Below, one piece after another: positions 38,819-48,795 of a stretch of DNA of 64,000 bases. Each line of letters opens with the position of its first letter. Position 1 is the first letter of the stretch. The stretch comes from an uncultured Phycisphaerales bacterium (lineage in GTDB: Bacteria; Planctomycetota; B15-G4; CAYZWU01): contig CAYZWU010000007.1 in assembly GCA_964482235.1 (NCBI GenBank), forward strand, positions 3,053 to 67,052, in the 5' to 3' direction. A program made the position numbers and the translations under genes. Under the pieces are notes generated by a model. It saw only the letters and a program-made list of their open reading frames with translations, ran no database searches and had not been told where the DNA came from.

Positions 38819-40711
38819 ATGCACCGAATCGCACCGCTGCTGCTCCTCTTCCTGGTCTCTCCGCCCCTGGCGGCGGACGATTGCTGGATCTTCCTGAAGG
38901 ACGGCCGCGTGGGCCGGGGCGACATCTCGGGCGAGCCGGTCGTCGTCGCTTTCCCTGACGGTGAGAGCGTCGAGGTCGGGAGCGATCAAATCGATCGCAC
39001 GCGCACGGACAGGCAGATCGCCGAGACCGTCGACGCGATCTTGAGAGATCTGGGCCGGGGCAGGAAGGTGAATGAGCACAAGGAGCGCCTGAAGGAGCTC
39101 GAGGCCGCGGCCGTGCCCCGCCTGATCGATCACCTCCAGGGCGAGAAACCGGTCAACAGGCAGAACGCGCTCTTCGCATTCTGCTATGCCTGGTCGCCGC
39201 GCGCCGTGGGCCCCGTCGCCTGCTGTCTCGACGACCTGGAGCCCTCGATCCGGCGGGCCGCCCTCCTGGCTCTGTCCAGGCACGTGCCGCCCGAGCGCCT
39301 CTACCTCCTCATGAAGAGGATCGTGGAGCACGACGATCCGACGATCGCGATCTTCGGCTTCGAGACAGCGGAGAGGATCCGCCCCGACATCACCCGGATC
39401 GCGAGATTCCTGGCCGAGCCCGAGTGCTGGGACAAGCTGATCCGCTATCTGCCCCGCTACCAGTCGCCCGACCTGATTCCCCTTGTCCGCACCATGCTCG
39501 ACAAGGGGAAGGGCGAGGTGCAGCGGACGGCCGTGGTTTCGCTCGCCATCCTGTGCGACAACGCCGGTGCGACGCGAAGGAAGATGCACGACCTCCTCGA
39601 TGACGCGTCGCCGGAGATCCGCGAGGCGGTCGGCGAGTATTTTGCCTATCATGGAACGGAGAGCGATCTCGAGTCGCTCGAGAAAAGGGCGGCCAGGGAG
39701 AAGGACATCCATGCGAAGACTTCCCTCGTCGCTGCCGCGGAGACGATACGCCGCCGCAGCGAATGGCTTGCCGGCGCGGCCGCCGCTCCCGAAGCCGGGA
39801 CGCTCCATCTTCCGGAATCGGGTGATCCCGCCGAGCTCTACGCGGCAGCCCTCGAGCTGCTGCAAGCCTCCCCGGCGCCCGAAGCGTGGTACCGCTGCTT
39901 CGAGGTCTTCAGGGACGCGGAGCCCCTCGAGCCTCGATTCGTCTACAGGAGCGAGATGCCGGCGCCGTCGTTCCTGGGCAGGATCGAGAAGCGGCTCGCA
40001 CTGCAGGCCGCCCTCTTTGCCAATCCCGCGCCGCAGGCGGAGAGGTCGCCGCAGGAGGGGGAGGGGCCGCCCGTTGCGGAACGCCTTCAGCCGCCGATCC
40101 GCGACTATCTCGACAGATCGCGCAAGAGCTACGGCAAGCTGGTGGACGGCAGCGCCAAGGTCTTCGGCGGCACGGTGCACGTGGGGGATGACACGGGGTG
40201 GCACAGGGACCTCCTCACCGTGGCAGCGATCGGCAACGGGATCGTGCGGCGCGCCGAAACCACCTTCTCCTGGGGCGGCATCGTGATCATCGAGCATCGC
40301 GGGCCGGACGGGAGTTCGTTCTGCTCCCTCTACGCGCACCTGTCGCCCCTTCTTCTCGTTCGATCCGGAGAGAACGTGAAGCGCGGCCGGAAGATCGGTT
40401 CGATAGGGAGGACCCACACCTTCGAGAACGGCGGCTTCAACGCGCACATTCATTTCGGTATCCACCTGGGGCCCTACGTGGATGCGCGCAAGAAGGGGGA
40501 TTCCTTCGAGACCGTGCTGGCCGGCAAGCCGGCGCGGCTCACCGTGGAGGAGGTGCGGGAAGAGAGCTTCCTCTGCCGCTGCGATAACGGCACCCTTGTT
40601 CTGCTGCAGAAGAACCCCGGCTGGGTGGGCGGCTACCTCTCGCCGGCCCGCTTCGAGGCGGGAGATCATGGCTGGGTCGACCCCCAGGCCTTCATCAGGA
40701 AAAGGAGATAA
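38819..40711 (+). CDS. M23 (LytM) family metallopeptidase with an N-terminal HEAT-repeat region
   Basis: Signal peptide present. HEAT-like repeats occupy the N-terminal region. The C-terminal M23 domain carries HVGDDTGWHRD...IIEHRG...AHLS...IGSIGRTH...NAHIHFGIH. Confidence 0.75.
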   Translation: MHRIAPLLLLFLVSPPLAADDCWIFLKDGRVGRGDISGEPVVVAFPDGESVEVGSDQIDRTRTDRQIAETVDAILRDLGRGRKVNEHKERLKELEAAAVPRLIDHLQGEKPVNRQNALFAFCYAWSPRAVGPVACCLDDLEPSIRRAALLALSRHVPPERLYLLMKRIVEHDDPTIAIFGFETAERIRPDITRIARFLAEPECWDKLIRYLPRYQSPDLIPLVRTMLDKGKGEVQRTAVVSLAILCDNAGATRRKMHDLLDDASPEIREAVGEYFAYHGTESDLESLEKRAAREKDIHAKTSLVAAAETIRRRSEWLAGAAAAPEAGTLHLPESGDPAELYAAALELLQASPAPEAWYRCFEVFRDAEPLEPRFVYRSEMPAPSFLGRIEKRLALQAALFANPAPQAERSPQEGEGPPVAERLQPPIRDYLDRSRKSYGKLVDGSAKVFGGTVHVGDDTGWHRDLLTVAAIGNGIVRRAETTFSWGGIVIIEHRGPDGSSFCSLYAHLSPLLLVRSGENVKRGRKIGSIGRTHTFENGGFNAHIHFGIHLGPYVDARKKGDSFETVLAGKPARLTVEEVREESFLCRCDNGTLVLLQKNPGWVGGYLSPARFEAGDHGWVDPQAFIRKRR

Positions 40712-40713
40712 CC

Positions 40714-42405
40714 GTGACGGCAGCTTTCGCCCCTCTTTGCTCGGCACTGATCCGGCTGCTTTTCGCGGCGGCTCTGGTCTGGCCGGCAGGTCCGGCCCGG
40801 TCCGCGGCGGGCCAGCCGCGGAATGACCTGTTCGGCACGGAATCGGCTCTCGAGAACGGCGGCTTCGAGAAGGGATCGGACCGCGCGATCCCTCGCTGGC
40901 AGAAGGTCTGGCCGCCCTTCGCCGACCGCGAGCCGCTGTTCCGGCATGTGGCGAAGGGGGCTCATGGGGGCCGATCCTGCGCCTCGATCGAGACGTTCCA
41001 CCAGGGGGGATACACCTCCTGGACACAGAGGATCGAGAGACCGCCTGAAGGGGCCACCGTCGTGCATCTCGAGGGATGGATCCGCTTCGACGATTCAGGA
41101 GAAGGCGGCCGGGCCCGCGCGTCCCTCCTGATGCTCTTTTCCGGTTCCGGGATGCGGGACGACGGCGCCGTCCTCTCCACGCCCTGGATCGACTCGTCGA
41201 CCAGGGAATGGACGAGGGTGGAGCATGACATGGTGGTGCCCGAGGGCGCGGAGAAATGGATGGTGCGGTGCGGCGTGACGGGAAAGGCCCGCGTCTTCTT
41301 CGACGACATCAGGGTCACCTGGTCCACGAAGAAGGCGAAGTGGAGCACCGCGGTCCTCGTCGAGACGTCAGGCCGGTATCAGGTGCGGGCCGCCGCATCG
41401 GCCAGGAAGGCGTGGGCCATGGTCTCGATCCCCTTCCCCTACATGGGACAGACTCCCCTGGCGATCGGCGTGAGATCCGAGCCGGAGAAGGCGATCGACC
41501 GGCTCGAGATCGTGAAGGACCGGGAGAACAGGTTCCTCAAGGTCTGGTTCGAGGGGATGAAGCCCGGCGACGGGATCAGGTTCGATGTGCGCACCCTCGT
41601 CCTCGTCAGGGACCGGCCCCTCCCGGACGGGAAGGGCATCGCCCTGGCCGGTCGGGGCAAGGTGCCGAAGGAGGTGAAGCCGTTCCTCGAGCCTTCCGAC
41701 GGCCTGGAAACGGAGGACGAGACGATCCGGAAGATCGCCGGCCGTTTCGACAGGACCGACCTCGCCTCCATGATGGCCGGCCTGACCGGTTATCTCAGGG
41801 AGAACATGGAGTACGAGCCCGGAGGCGACCAGGGCGCCAGGGCGTCGATCGTTTCGAAGAGGGCGGTCTGCACCGGCTTCGCCAACGCGGCGGCTGCGCT
41901 GCTCATCGCGGCCGGCGTCCCGACCCGCATCCTGGCCTGCACCCAGACGGAGGGCGAGCTCCAGGAGCATTACATCGTGGAAGCCTGGACCCGTGAGCTC
42001 GGCTGGTCGCGCTGCGAGTCGACGATGGCGGAGTTTCCCTGGGCCGACACGCGCAACGTGATACTCCGGGTGATCTACCCCGACGCCTCACGCACGTCGG
42101 GCAACGTACCGATCTTCATGGAGAGCGGCGGCGGCGTCATGATGGGGGCGGACATGGGTGGATCGAACGGCTGCTGGCAGTCTGCAGCAACACTGCGGAG
42201 CCTGATCGTTCGTGCCGAGGATCTGGCGCCCCTCGAAGAGCTCCTGCGGAAGGCTTTCGAGAAGGCAGCGAAAAAGGCGGTGCGCGGGAGCTCGATCAGC
42301 TTCATCCCCAAGGCGGCGAAGATGAGGGGGATCGACGACGGCATCAAGGATCTGATGAAGGAGATGGAAGGCCGTCTCTCGAGAGAGAGTCGACAGGCAA
42401 AGTGA
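40714..42405 (+). CDS. transglutaminase-like cysteine protease/crosslinking-domain protein with an N-terminal CBM-like beta-sandwich
   Basis: Signal peptide present. The N-terminal region is CBM4/9-like (GGFEKG...W...). The core is transglutaminase-like ([22 protein letters not shown]...H...D). Confidence 0.65.
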   Translation: MTAAFAPLCSALIRLLFAAALVWPAGPARSAAGQPRNDLFGTESALENGGFEKGSDRAIPRWQKVWPPFADREPLFRHVAKGAHGGRSCASIETFHQGGYTSWTQRIERPPEGATVVHLEGWIRFDDSGEGGRARASLLMLFSGSGMRDDGAVLSTPWIDSSTREWTRVEHDMVVPEGAEKWMVRCGVTGKARVFFDDIRVTWSTKKAKWSTAVLVETSGRYQVRAAASARKAWAMVSIPFPYMGQTPLAIGVRSEPEKAIDRLEIVKDRENRFLKVWFEGMKPGDGIRFDVRTLVLVRDRPLPDGKGIALAGRGKVPKEVKPFLEPSDGLETEDETIRKIAGRFDRTDLASMMAGLTGYLRENMEYEPGGDQGARASIVSKRAVCTGFANAAAALLIAAGVPTRILACTQTEGELQEHYIVEAWTRELGWSRCESTMAEFPWADTRNVILRVIYPDASRTSGNVPIFMESGGGVMMGADMGGSNGCWQSAATLRSLIVRAEDLAPLEELLRKAFEKAAKKAVRGSSISFIPKAAKMRGIDDGIKDLMKEMEGRLSRESRQAK

Positions 42406-42418
42406 TAGGAGGCGCTCC

Positions 42419-43789
42419 ATGACCGGACGGAAGAGAAAAGGGATCGGAAATGGGAAAGAACTGAGCCGCCGGGCTTTCCTGGGGCAAGCCGCCGCAGGCG
42501 CGACGCTGTTCACCATCGTGCCGCGCCACGTTCTCGGCGGACCGGGATACGTCGCGCCGAGCGACAAGCTCGACATCGCCTGCATCGGCGTGGGCGGCAA
42601 GGGGCGTTCCGACGCGGACGGCGTGAGCAGCGAGAACATCGTGGCGCTCTGCGACGTGGACGAGAGGCGTGCAGCGGGCGCGTTCAACCGTTATCCCGGC
42701 GCAGCGCGGTACAGCGACTTCAGGAAGATGCTCGATGAGATGAAGAACATCGACGCCGTCACCGTGTCCACCCCGGACCACACCCACGCGGTGATCGCCA
42801 TGACGGCCATCAGGATGGGCAAGCACGTCTACTGCCAGAAGCCGCTGACGCACTCCGTCTTCGAGGCGCGCTCCCTTGCCGTGGAGGCGCGGCGGCAGGG
42901 GGTGGCCACGCAGATGGGGAACCAGGGGCACGCTTCGGAAGAGACGCGCCGGCTTTGCGAGCTGATCCAGGGCGGGGCGATCGGCCCGGTCCGCGAGGTT
43001 CACTCCTGGACGGACAGGCCGTCGCGCGGGCTCTTCGCCGAGTACTGGCCCCAGGGTGTGGGCCGGCCGGACGACCGGCCGCCCGTGCCGGATCACCTTC
43101 ACTGGGATCTCTGGCTCGGCCCGGCGCCCGAGCGGCCCTACCACCCGGCGTACGCTCCCTTCAGGTGGCGCGGGTGGTGGGATTTCGGAACAGGGGCGCT
43201 GGGCGACATCGGCTGCCATTCCCTCGATCCGATCTTCCGGGCCCTCGATCTCCATGCGCCGCTCAGCTTCCAGGCCACCTCCACGCGGGTGAACAGCGAG
43301 ACCTATCCACTGGCGTCGATCGTGGAGCATCGCTTCGGTCCGAGGGGGGACAGGCCGCCCGTGACCCTGACCTGGTACGACGGCGGACTGAAGCCGCCCC
43401 GTCCGCCGGAGCTCGAGCCGGGTTTCGCCATGGGCGACGGCGGAACCCTCTACGTGGGTGACAAGGGCAAGATGCTGGGGCTTCACATCTTTCCCGAATC
43501 GCGGCGGGCCGGGTTCGAGGAGCCGCCCAGGATATTGCCGCGCTCGATCGGTCACTACAGGGAGTGGATCGAAGCGTGCAAGGGAGGCGAGGCGGCGGGA
43601 TCGAACTTCGACATCTCCGGACCGCTGACAGAGACGGTTCTTTTGGGCAACGTCGCCCTGCGGCCCGAGCTGAGAGAAAAGCTGACGCAGCAGGCGCTCG
43701 AGTGGGATTGGGAGAACCTGAAGATCACCAACCTCCCCGAGGCGAACGACTTTCTCCATCGTCCCTACAGGGAGGGGTGGACGTTGTGA
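42419..43789 (+). CDS. Gfo/Idh/MocA-family oxidoreductase with Tat signal (GH109-like)
   Basis: Tat motif [12 protein letters not shown]. Rossmann fold [12 protein letters not shown]. 456 aa, comparable to GH109-like periplasmic dehydrogenases. Confidence 0.8.
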   Translation: MTGRKRKGIGNGKELSRRAFLGQAAAGATLFTIVPRHVLGGPGYVAPSDKLDIACIGVGGKGRSDADGVSSENIVALCDVDERRAAGAFNRYPGAARYSDFRKMLDEMKNIDAVTVSTPDHTHAVIAMTAIRMGKHVYCQKPLTHSVFEARSLAVEARRQGVATQMGNQGHASEETRRLCELIQGGAIGPVREVHSWTDRPSRGLFAEYWPQGVGRPDDRPPVPDHLHWDLWLGPAPERPYHPAYAPFRWRGWWDFGTGALGDIGCHSLDPIFRALDLHAPLSFQATSTRVNSETYPLASIVEHRFGPRGDRPPVTLTWYDGGLKPPRPPELEPGFAMGDGGTLYVGDKGKMLGLHIFPESRRAGFEEPPRILPRSIGHYREWIEACKGGEAAGSNFDISGPLTETVLLGNVALRPELREKLTQQALEWDWENLKITNLPEANDFLHRPYREGWTL

Positions 43790-43792
43790 TTT

Positions 43793-45070
43793 TCAGTATG
43801 TCAGGATCATCAGGTTCGTGAGGCGCGACCCCGGAGCCTGGGGCCCCACGAGTGCCTGAAAGGGATGTCTGTCGCCGGCAAGCCACGATGCCGGCACCGT
43901 TCCGGGATGGATCAGCACACCGTTCGCGGGAATGACGCCGAGATCATAGATCCCGAGCAGAGGTGACAGGAGATGGAAGTCGCCGTATGGCGTGACGAGC
44001 GGCGGATCCTGAACACCTGAACCGTGAGCGAGCCTCACGGGAGCCATGCCCGGCTGTCCGACCACCTTGATCTCGATCGATCCGCCCGGCGCCACGTCGC
44101 CGGAGTGGTAGAGGTGGTAGAAGAACTCGTCGGCTCCGATGTCGATCCTGTCGCCGGCGATCCGCGGGTCGCCTTCGTAGTCGAGTTCAGGGACATCGGG
44201 CGGCGTGTCGATGCCTGTGTCCCGGCAGGGCGAGTCGAAGGTCAGGTGAAAATCGAAATGCGGCGGATTGAAAACGTCCACGAAGAGCGGATCGGCGTCG
44301 ATGTTGCCCGGGCCCTGCCATCCTCCCTTCACGTTGCAGTGGCTCACCACGACCTGGTTGATGAGTGAGATGAAGAGGTCCGGGTCCGACGGAGCGTAGT
44401 TGTCCCGCACGATCGTGTTGAAGATCTTGATGTTCGGCAGCTGCAAGAAGATGACATAGATCCCACCGCCTGAAACGGAAGCCGTATTGAGCGTCACCGT
44501 GTTGTTGACGATTCTCGTCGAGGGCTCCGGGTCGACGCATCCGATGCCGCCGCCGTAGTCCGCCGTGTTCGCGGTGACGATGTTGTTGATGATCTTGGAG
44601 GAGCTGTAGTAGCCGCAGAAGATCCCACCGCCGCAATCGGCCTTGTTGGCCATCACGACGTTGTTGCGGATTGTGGGGGTGCTCCACCAGGCCGAGTAGA
44701 TTCCGCCGCCGCAGAGACCGCCGTACTTCCTGTCGTATGTTCCCGTCCCGTTCCTGATGCAGAATCCCTCGAACACCGAACCCTGGGCCTTCTCGCTGTC
44801 AAAGGTGACCACGCTCCCGTTGCCGTTGCCGTCGATCACGGTGTAGGCGGGGCCGAGCTCGCTTTTCAGGATCACGGGCCTGTCATAGCTGTCATCGATG
44901 TTTTCCACGTAGGTCCCCGGCCTGACGATGATCGTGTCTCCGGCAGCGGCGGCGTCGATGGCGCCCTGGATCGTCGTATGGTCGTCGGGGACGTAGATCG
45001 TCCTCCCCTGGGAGATTGCGGCGAGAAGAAGGCAGGCGGACAAGGTGCAACACAGTTTTTTGCTGAACAT
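43793..45070 (-). CDS. secreted parallel beta-helix repeat protein with the conserved C-terminal domain; paralogue of 37215..38723
   Basis: The N-terminal region aligns with 37215..38723 (TIYVPDDHTTIQGAIDAAAAGDTIIVRPGTYVENID). Beta-helix rungs are present. The C-terminus GDVAPGG...WLAGDRHPFQAL...LTNLMILTY matches the shared domain. Confidence 0.7.
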   Translation of the reverse strand: MFSKKLCCTLSACLLLAAISQGRTIYVPDDHTTIQGAIDAAAAGDTIIVRPGTYVENIDDSYDRPVILKSELGPAYTVIDGNGNGSVVTFDSEKAQGSVFEGFCIRNGTGTYDRKYGGLCGGGIYSAWWSTPTIRNNVVMANKADCGGGIFCGYYSSSKIINNIVTANTADYGGGIGCVDPEPSTRIVNNTVTLNTASVSGGGIYVIFLQLPNIKIFNTIVRDNYAPSDPDLFISLINQVVVSHCNVKGGWQGPGNIDADPLFVDVFNPPHFDFHLTFDSPCRDTGIDTPPDVPELDYEGDPRIAGDRIDIGADEFFYHLYHSGDVAPGGSIEIKVVGQPGMAPVRLAHGSGVQDPPLVTPYGDFHLLSPLLGIYDLGVIPANGVLIHPGTVPASWLAGDRHPFQALVGPQAPGSRLTNLMILTY

Positions 45071-45195
45071 GGATCAGGACCCTCCATTCCGGATAGGCTG
45101 CGGCAATTCCTGGGTGGAGTATATCAGAATCGAAGAAATAATAAAGAGGGTCCATTCGTCGGGACGGATATTCCCGTGAGGCGGATCGGCAGCAA

Positions 45196-47055
45196 TCAGG
45201 CGCTGCCCAGGCTCACCTCGACCATCTGCTCCTGATCGCCGTGCTGATACCGGATCTTGACCACGTCGCCCGGCTTGTGCCTGCGGAGCACGTTGCGGAA
45301 TCCGCTTCTTCCCTCGATCGGCTCGTCGTCGATGGCCAGGAGGATATCCCCCTTCAACAGCCCGGCCTTCTCCGCGCCGCCGCCCGGAATGATCCTGCTG
45401 ATCCTGAGGCCGGGCTTGCCTTCCTCGGCCGACTCGACCATCACGCCGAAGGTGGCTCGCGGTCCGCGCCGGCGCCCCGTTTCCTGGAAAGTGGGGCGTG
45501 CGTTGCTGTTGGCAACGATGAGTGCCGTCTTGAAGGCGACATTCAGGACGTCGACAGCACCTGTCACGTTGCAGTTCTCCAGGTCGTCGTCAGGCGTGTG
45601 GTACGCCTTGTGGATCCCGCTGAAGAAGAAGAGGACGGGGATCTTCTTCGAGAGGAAGGAGGACTGGTCCGATCCGCCGAAGCCGCCTTCGCTGTGCCGC
45701 CAGGTCACCGGCGACTCGAACTCGGCCTCTTTCAGGATCGCTTCCCACTCCTTCGCCGTTCCGGTGCCCATGATGCTGCACTTCTTGTCCGTCACGTGGG
45801 CGATCATGTCGAGGTTGATCATCGCCACCGTCTTCTCCAGGGGGAAGAATGGATTGCTCACGTAGTGGCGCGAGCCGAGCAGGCCCTTCTCCTCCGCATC
45901 GTAGAGCTGGAAGAGGATCGACCTCCTGGGCCGCACGTCGGCCTGGACGAACGCTTCGGCCAGCTCGATCACGCCGATGGACCCCGACCCGTTGTCATCG
46001 GCTCCGTTGTGGACTTCTCCCTTTCGCTTGGGGGTCCTGCTGCCGTAGGCACCCAGGCCGAGGTGGTCGTAATGGGCGCCGATCACGAGCACCTCGTTCT
46101 TCAGAACGGGATCGGAGCCTTCGAGCAAGCCGATAACGTTGCGGGCCTTGGCGAGATATCCCACCTCGGCATGGAGATCGATCCTCGGACCGCTGATCTC
46201 CAGCGAGGCCGGCTTGCCGGTCGTGTCGATCTTCTTCTGGAGATCGGCGAGCGAGGTGCCGGCATGGCCGAGAATCTCTTTCGCCAGGCCGCCCCGGACG
46301 TGGATCATCGGGATCTTCGAGTTGCTGGATGCCCGCGTGGAGAGATCGCCCAGGGGATCGCGGTCCGGGTCGTGATGAATGGGGCCGTTCACGAAGAGGA
46401 CGGCTTTGGCGCCGTGCTTTCCGGCATTCTCGATCTTCGTGGTGAAGTAGGAGTGTCTTGTGCCCGACGCTCCTTTCCAGGCCGACGTCGTATCCTTTTC
46501 CTGGGGCTCATGCCTGAGGATCAGCACGATCTTGTCCTGTGCGTCGATCCCCTCATAGTCATCGTACTCGAATTCCGGCGCAGTGATCCCGTACCCCGCG
46601 AAAACGACCTCCGTATCCTTGAGGTCCACCTTGGAGCAACCGCCCAGGAGAGACCATTCTTTTCCCGCCGCGAAGCTCTTTCCGTCGATCGTCAGGCAGT
46701 GCCCGGGCAGCAGGCCTCTTCTGCCTCCTCTCTCGAAGGTCTGGAAGTAGGAGGGCTCTCCGTCGATCGGATCCCCGAGGGGCTTCAGCCCGAGCTTCGA
46801 AAACTCGCCGGCCGCAAAGTCGCCGGCCTCGATGCTGCCGGCGGTTCCCGGCTCGCGGCCTCCCCTCGAGTCGGCCGAGAACCAGCCCAGCTCGCCGCTG
46901 TACTCTTTTGCATCCAGCGTGGAGAGGGCTTTCTGTACCTCGGGTTTCTCGAGGAGAGAGGAGAGCTCTTCTCCCAGCAAGCCTGTCGAGACGAACGGGG
47001 CGATGAGGAAGAAGACAACGCACAGCGAAATGCGGATTTTTCCTGTTATCTGCAT
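45196..47055 (-). CDS. M28-family aminopeptidase with PA domain and C-terminal PDZ domain
   Basis: Signal peptide present. M28 zinc-ligand motifs (HYDHLG, DDNGSGS, EEKGLLGS, HTPDD). The C-terminal PDZ domain carries GLRISRIIPGGGAEKAGLLKGDILLAID. Confidence 0.8.
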   Translation of the reverse strand: MQITGKIRISLCVVFFLIAPFVSTGLLGEELSSLLEKPEVQKALSTLDAKEYSGELGWFSADSRGGREPGTAGSIEAGDFAAGEFSKLGLKPLGDPIDGEPSYFQTFERGGRRGLLPGHCLTIDGKSFAAGKEWSLLGGCSKVDLKDTEVVFAGYGITAPEFEYDDYEGIDAQDKIVLILRHEPQEKDTTSAWKGASGTRHSYFTTKIENAGKHGAKAVLFVNGPIHHDPDRDPLGDLSTRASSNSKIPMIHVRGGLAKEILGHAGTSLADLQKKIDTTGKPASLEISGPRIDLHAEVGYLAKARNVIGLLEGSDPVLKNEVLVIGAHYDHLGLGAYGSRTPKRKGEVHNGADDNGSGSIGVIELAEAFVQADVRPRRSILFQLYDAEEKGLLGSRHYVSNPFFPLEKTVAMINLDMIAHVTDKKCSIMGTGTAKEWEAILKEAEFESPVTWRHSEGGFGGSDQSSFLSKKIPVLFFFSGIHKAYHTPDDDLENCNVTGAVDVLNVAFKTALIVANSNARPTFQETGRRRGPRATFGVMVESAEEGKPGLRISRIIPGGGAEKAGLLKGDILLAIDDEPIEGRSGFRNVLRRHKPGDVVKIRYQHGDQEQMVEVSLGSA

Positions 47056-47184
47056 TGATGGTAGTTCCTGCGGAGACGTTTAAGCGGGTGCCTAGCGAAT
47101 AGAGTGATCCGATATTACTTGGTCGTTGAGCCGGGTACAACGAAAAGATCGGAGCGTGAGGTTCGCTTCCCGGCGCGGACCTTC

Positions 47185-47388
47185 TCAGTGAGAGACCTTT
47201 GCCTTGGCCACTTTCATGCGGTCGAGCAGAGTTCTGCAGCGGTCGCAGAGGCCCTCGGTGCTCGAAGCCGGGTCATCTGCCAGGATTTCGAGCTCCCTGA
47301 TCGTCAGGCAGTTCTCGTTTCTTGGAACGATCAGTGAATCCTGTTGCGCCATCTTGCGCCTCTCTGCCATCAGCTCGTCAAGATCCAT
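47185..47388 (-). CDS. putative small anti-sigma factor (CxxC) cotranscribed with the ECF sigma
   Basis: 67 aa, immediately downstream of the ECF sigma gene. Contains CDRC. The assignment rests only on gene context. Confidence 0.35.
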   Translation of the reverse strand: MDLDELMAERRKMAQQDSLIVPRNENCLTIRELEILADDPASSTEGLCDRCRTLLDRMKVAKAKVSH

Positions 47389-47406
47389 GGTGAGGCCCTT
47401 TCCCGG

Positions 47407-48033
47407 TTAGGTGTTTTTCTTGTATCCTTGATTTTGCAGACAGGCCGCCACCGCTTCCCGGCCGTTCTTGAGAATATTCTGAACCGTTCTGATCTTCATT
47501 TCAAAAAGTTTTGCTATCTCCGTCGTGCTCAGCTCGAGCAGATGCCGGAGGTGGAACATCTTCCTTTCGCGGCCGGACAAGTTTCCGATGCAGTGATCGA
47601 TGGCCTCCTTCAGGACGACCTTGTCGTTCCATGCCGAGCGTCTCTCCCTGTTCACGCGGCGGCAATTCCGCTGCTGGACCGCGGTACAGGATGAGTAGCT
47701 CATCAGGTTCATCGAGCCGTCGGTCCAAGACATCGCTCTGCATCGCCGCTCGGACTTTCGTTTCTCGTCGATGTTCAGGTTCCTGCAGACCGTCTTGATC
47801 CAGCCAAGAACGGCATGTTCTCCTTTGCCGAATAGGCAGTTCTCCTTTTTCTTAATAACGCGCATGAAGACATCCTGCGCAAAATCTTCCAGCTCGTGAC
47901 CAAAAATACCGTCCAGGATCAGGTACTTCTTGATCTGGCGCTCGATCTCCGGCAGAGCCTTTTCGAAGGAAGCCTCCGCTTCGATGCCGTCGGCGAAATT
48001 CTTGAACGCCTTCCTTCCTGATCGGTCATCCAC
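47407..48033 (-). CDS. ECF-family RNA polymerase sigma factor
   Basis: Sigma-70 region 2 (FAQDVFMRVIKK...WIKTVCRNLNID) and region 4 (LSGRERKMFHLRHLLELSTTEIAKLFEMKIRTVQNILKNGREAV). Confidence 0.8.
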   Translation of the reverse strand: MDDRSGRKAFKNFADGIEAEASFEKALPEIERQIKKYLILDGIFGHELEDFAQDVFMRVIKKKENCLFGKGEHAVLGWIKTVCRNLNIDEKRKSERRCRAMSWTDGSMNLMSYSSCTAVQQRNCRRVNRERRSAWNDKVVLKEAIDHCIGNLSGRERKMFHLRHLLELSTTEIAKLFEMKIRTVQNILKNGREAVAACLQNQGYKKNT

Positions 48034-48252
48034 TGGTTGTTCTTCCCCTTATTAAGATATGTATTCGTTTTTCATCTTTTTTTACGCATTCCGAAGGCTC
48101 GTACGTTGTTTTTTCAGTCGTTCGGTCAATTCCTCGTTCGTTGATTTTGCAGTCCCTATCGAAGCGGCCCCCGAGACACCTTCCTTCAGGTTTTCGTCCC
48201 GATGGTGCTGGACAAGCTGATTTGGTTTCGAAGCGGCATTATTTGGAGGATC

Positions 48253-48741
48253 ATGATGAAATTCGCAATCGTTCTGTTGCTTGTTGCCTTCACCTTTCCC
48301 GTTGTCGGTTTTTCCACCACACCCGAATCCGGATCGGATCAAGGAGCCGTTCCGGACCTGTCGCAGGAGAGTCAGTACTCCGCTCCACCCGCGTACGCGC
48401 GCTGCGGATTGGCCGTTTATCTGTCTGCCGGTGTGATCGGAGACACCTTGACCGTCACGGCGGAAGGAGAGCCCGGCCCGGAGTGCTACTGGATCAGACT
48501 CGAGGTGGAGGTCAAGATGCGCCAGGCCGGCACCCAGACCTGGATCACTCAAACGGGTTACATCGGGCCGGGAGACTACTGGGCAAATTCCTTTAACATA
48601 ACCGGTTATGATCGCTTCTATGCCAAGGCGAAGTCCGTGGATACGCCGGATGGTCCCATGCCGTCCATTTGTTCTGATCACGGCAGTTCGTGTCTCTCGA
48701 CCAATCACAGGGTGTATACGACTCTTGAAGAGAATCTCTGA
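48253..48741 (+). CDS. small secreted protein of unknown function
   Basis: Signal peptide MMKFAIVLLLVAFTFPVVGFS. Cys-containing and Tyr/Trp-rich, about 160 aa. Confidence 0.45.
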   Translation: MMKFAIVLLLVAFTFPVVGFSTTPESGSDQGAVPDLSQESQYSAPPAYARCGLAVYLSAGVIGDTLTVTAEGEPGPECYWIRLEVEVKMRQAGTQTWITQTGYIGPGDYWANSFNITGYDRFYAKAKSVDTPDGPMPSICSDHGSSCLSTNHRVYTTLEENL

Positions 48742-48795
48742 TCGACGACAGCTCACTGTCCCTTTATCAGGGAATCGCCGCCGCCGGTGCTTGCG

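Noticed and set aside
38660-41026. 788-aa minus-strand ORF and similar long antisense ORFs (31078..33252, 42344..43759, 45241..47058, 56963..58822, 60342..61847, 62118..63437, 23438..25006, 25223..26989, 27596..28672, 10822..11781, 14218..15897, 15573..17297)
   Set aside because: Each overlaps, on the opposite strand, a gene with strong family-specific motifs. The translations are low-complexity Arg/Gly/Pro/Ala-rich. This is expected from the absence of stop codons in GC-rich antisense frames.
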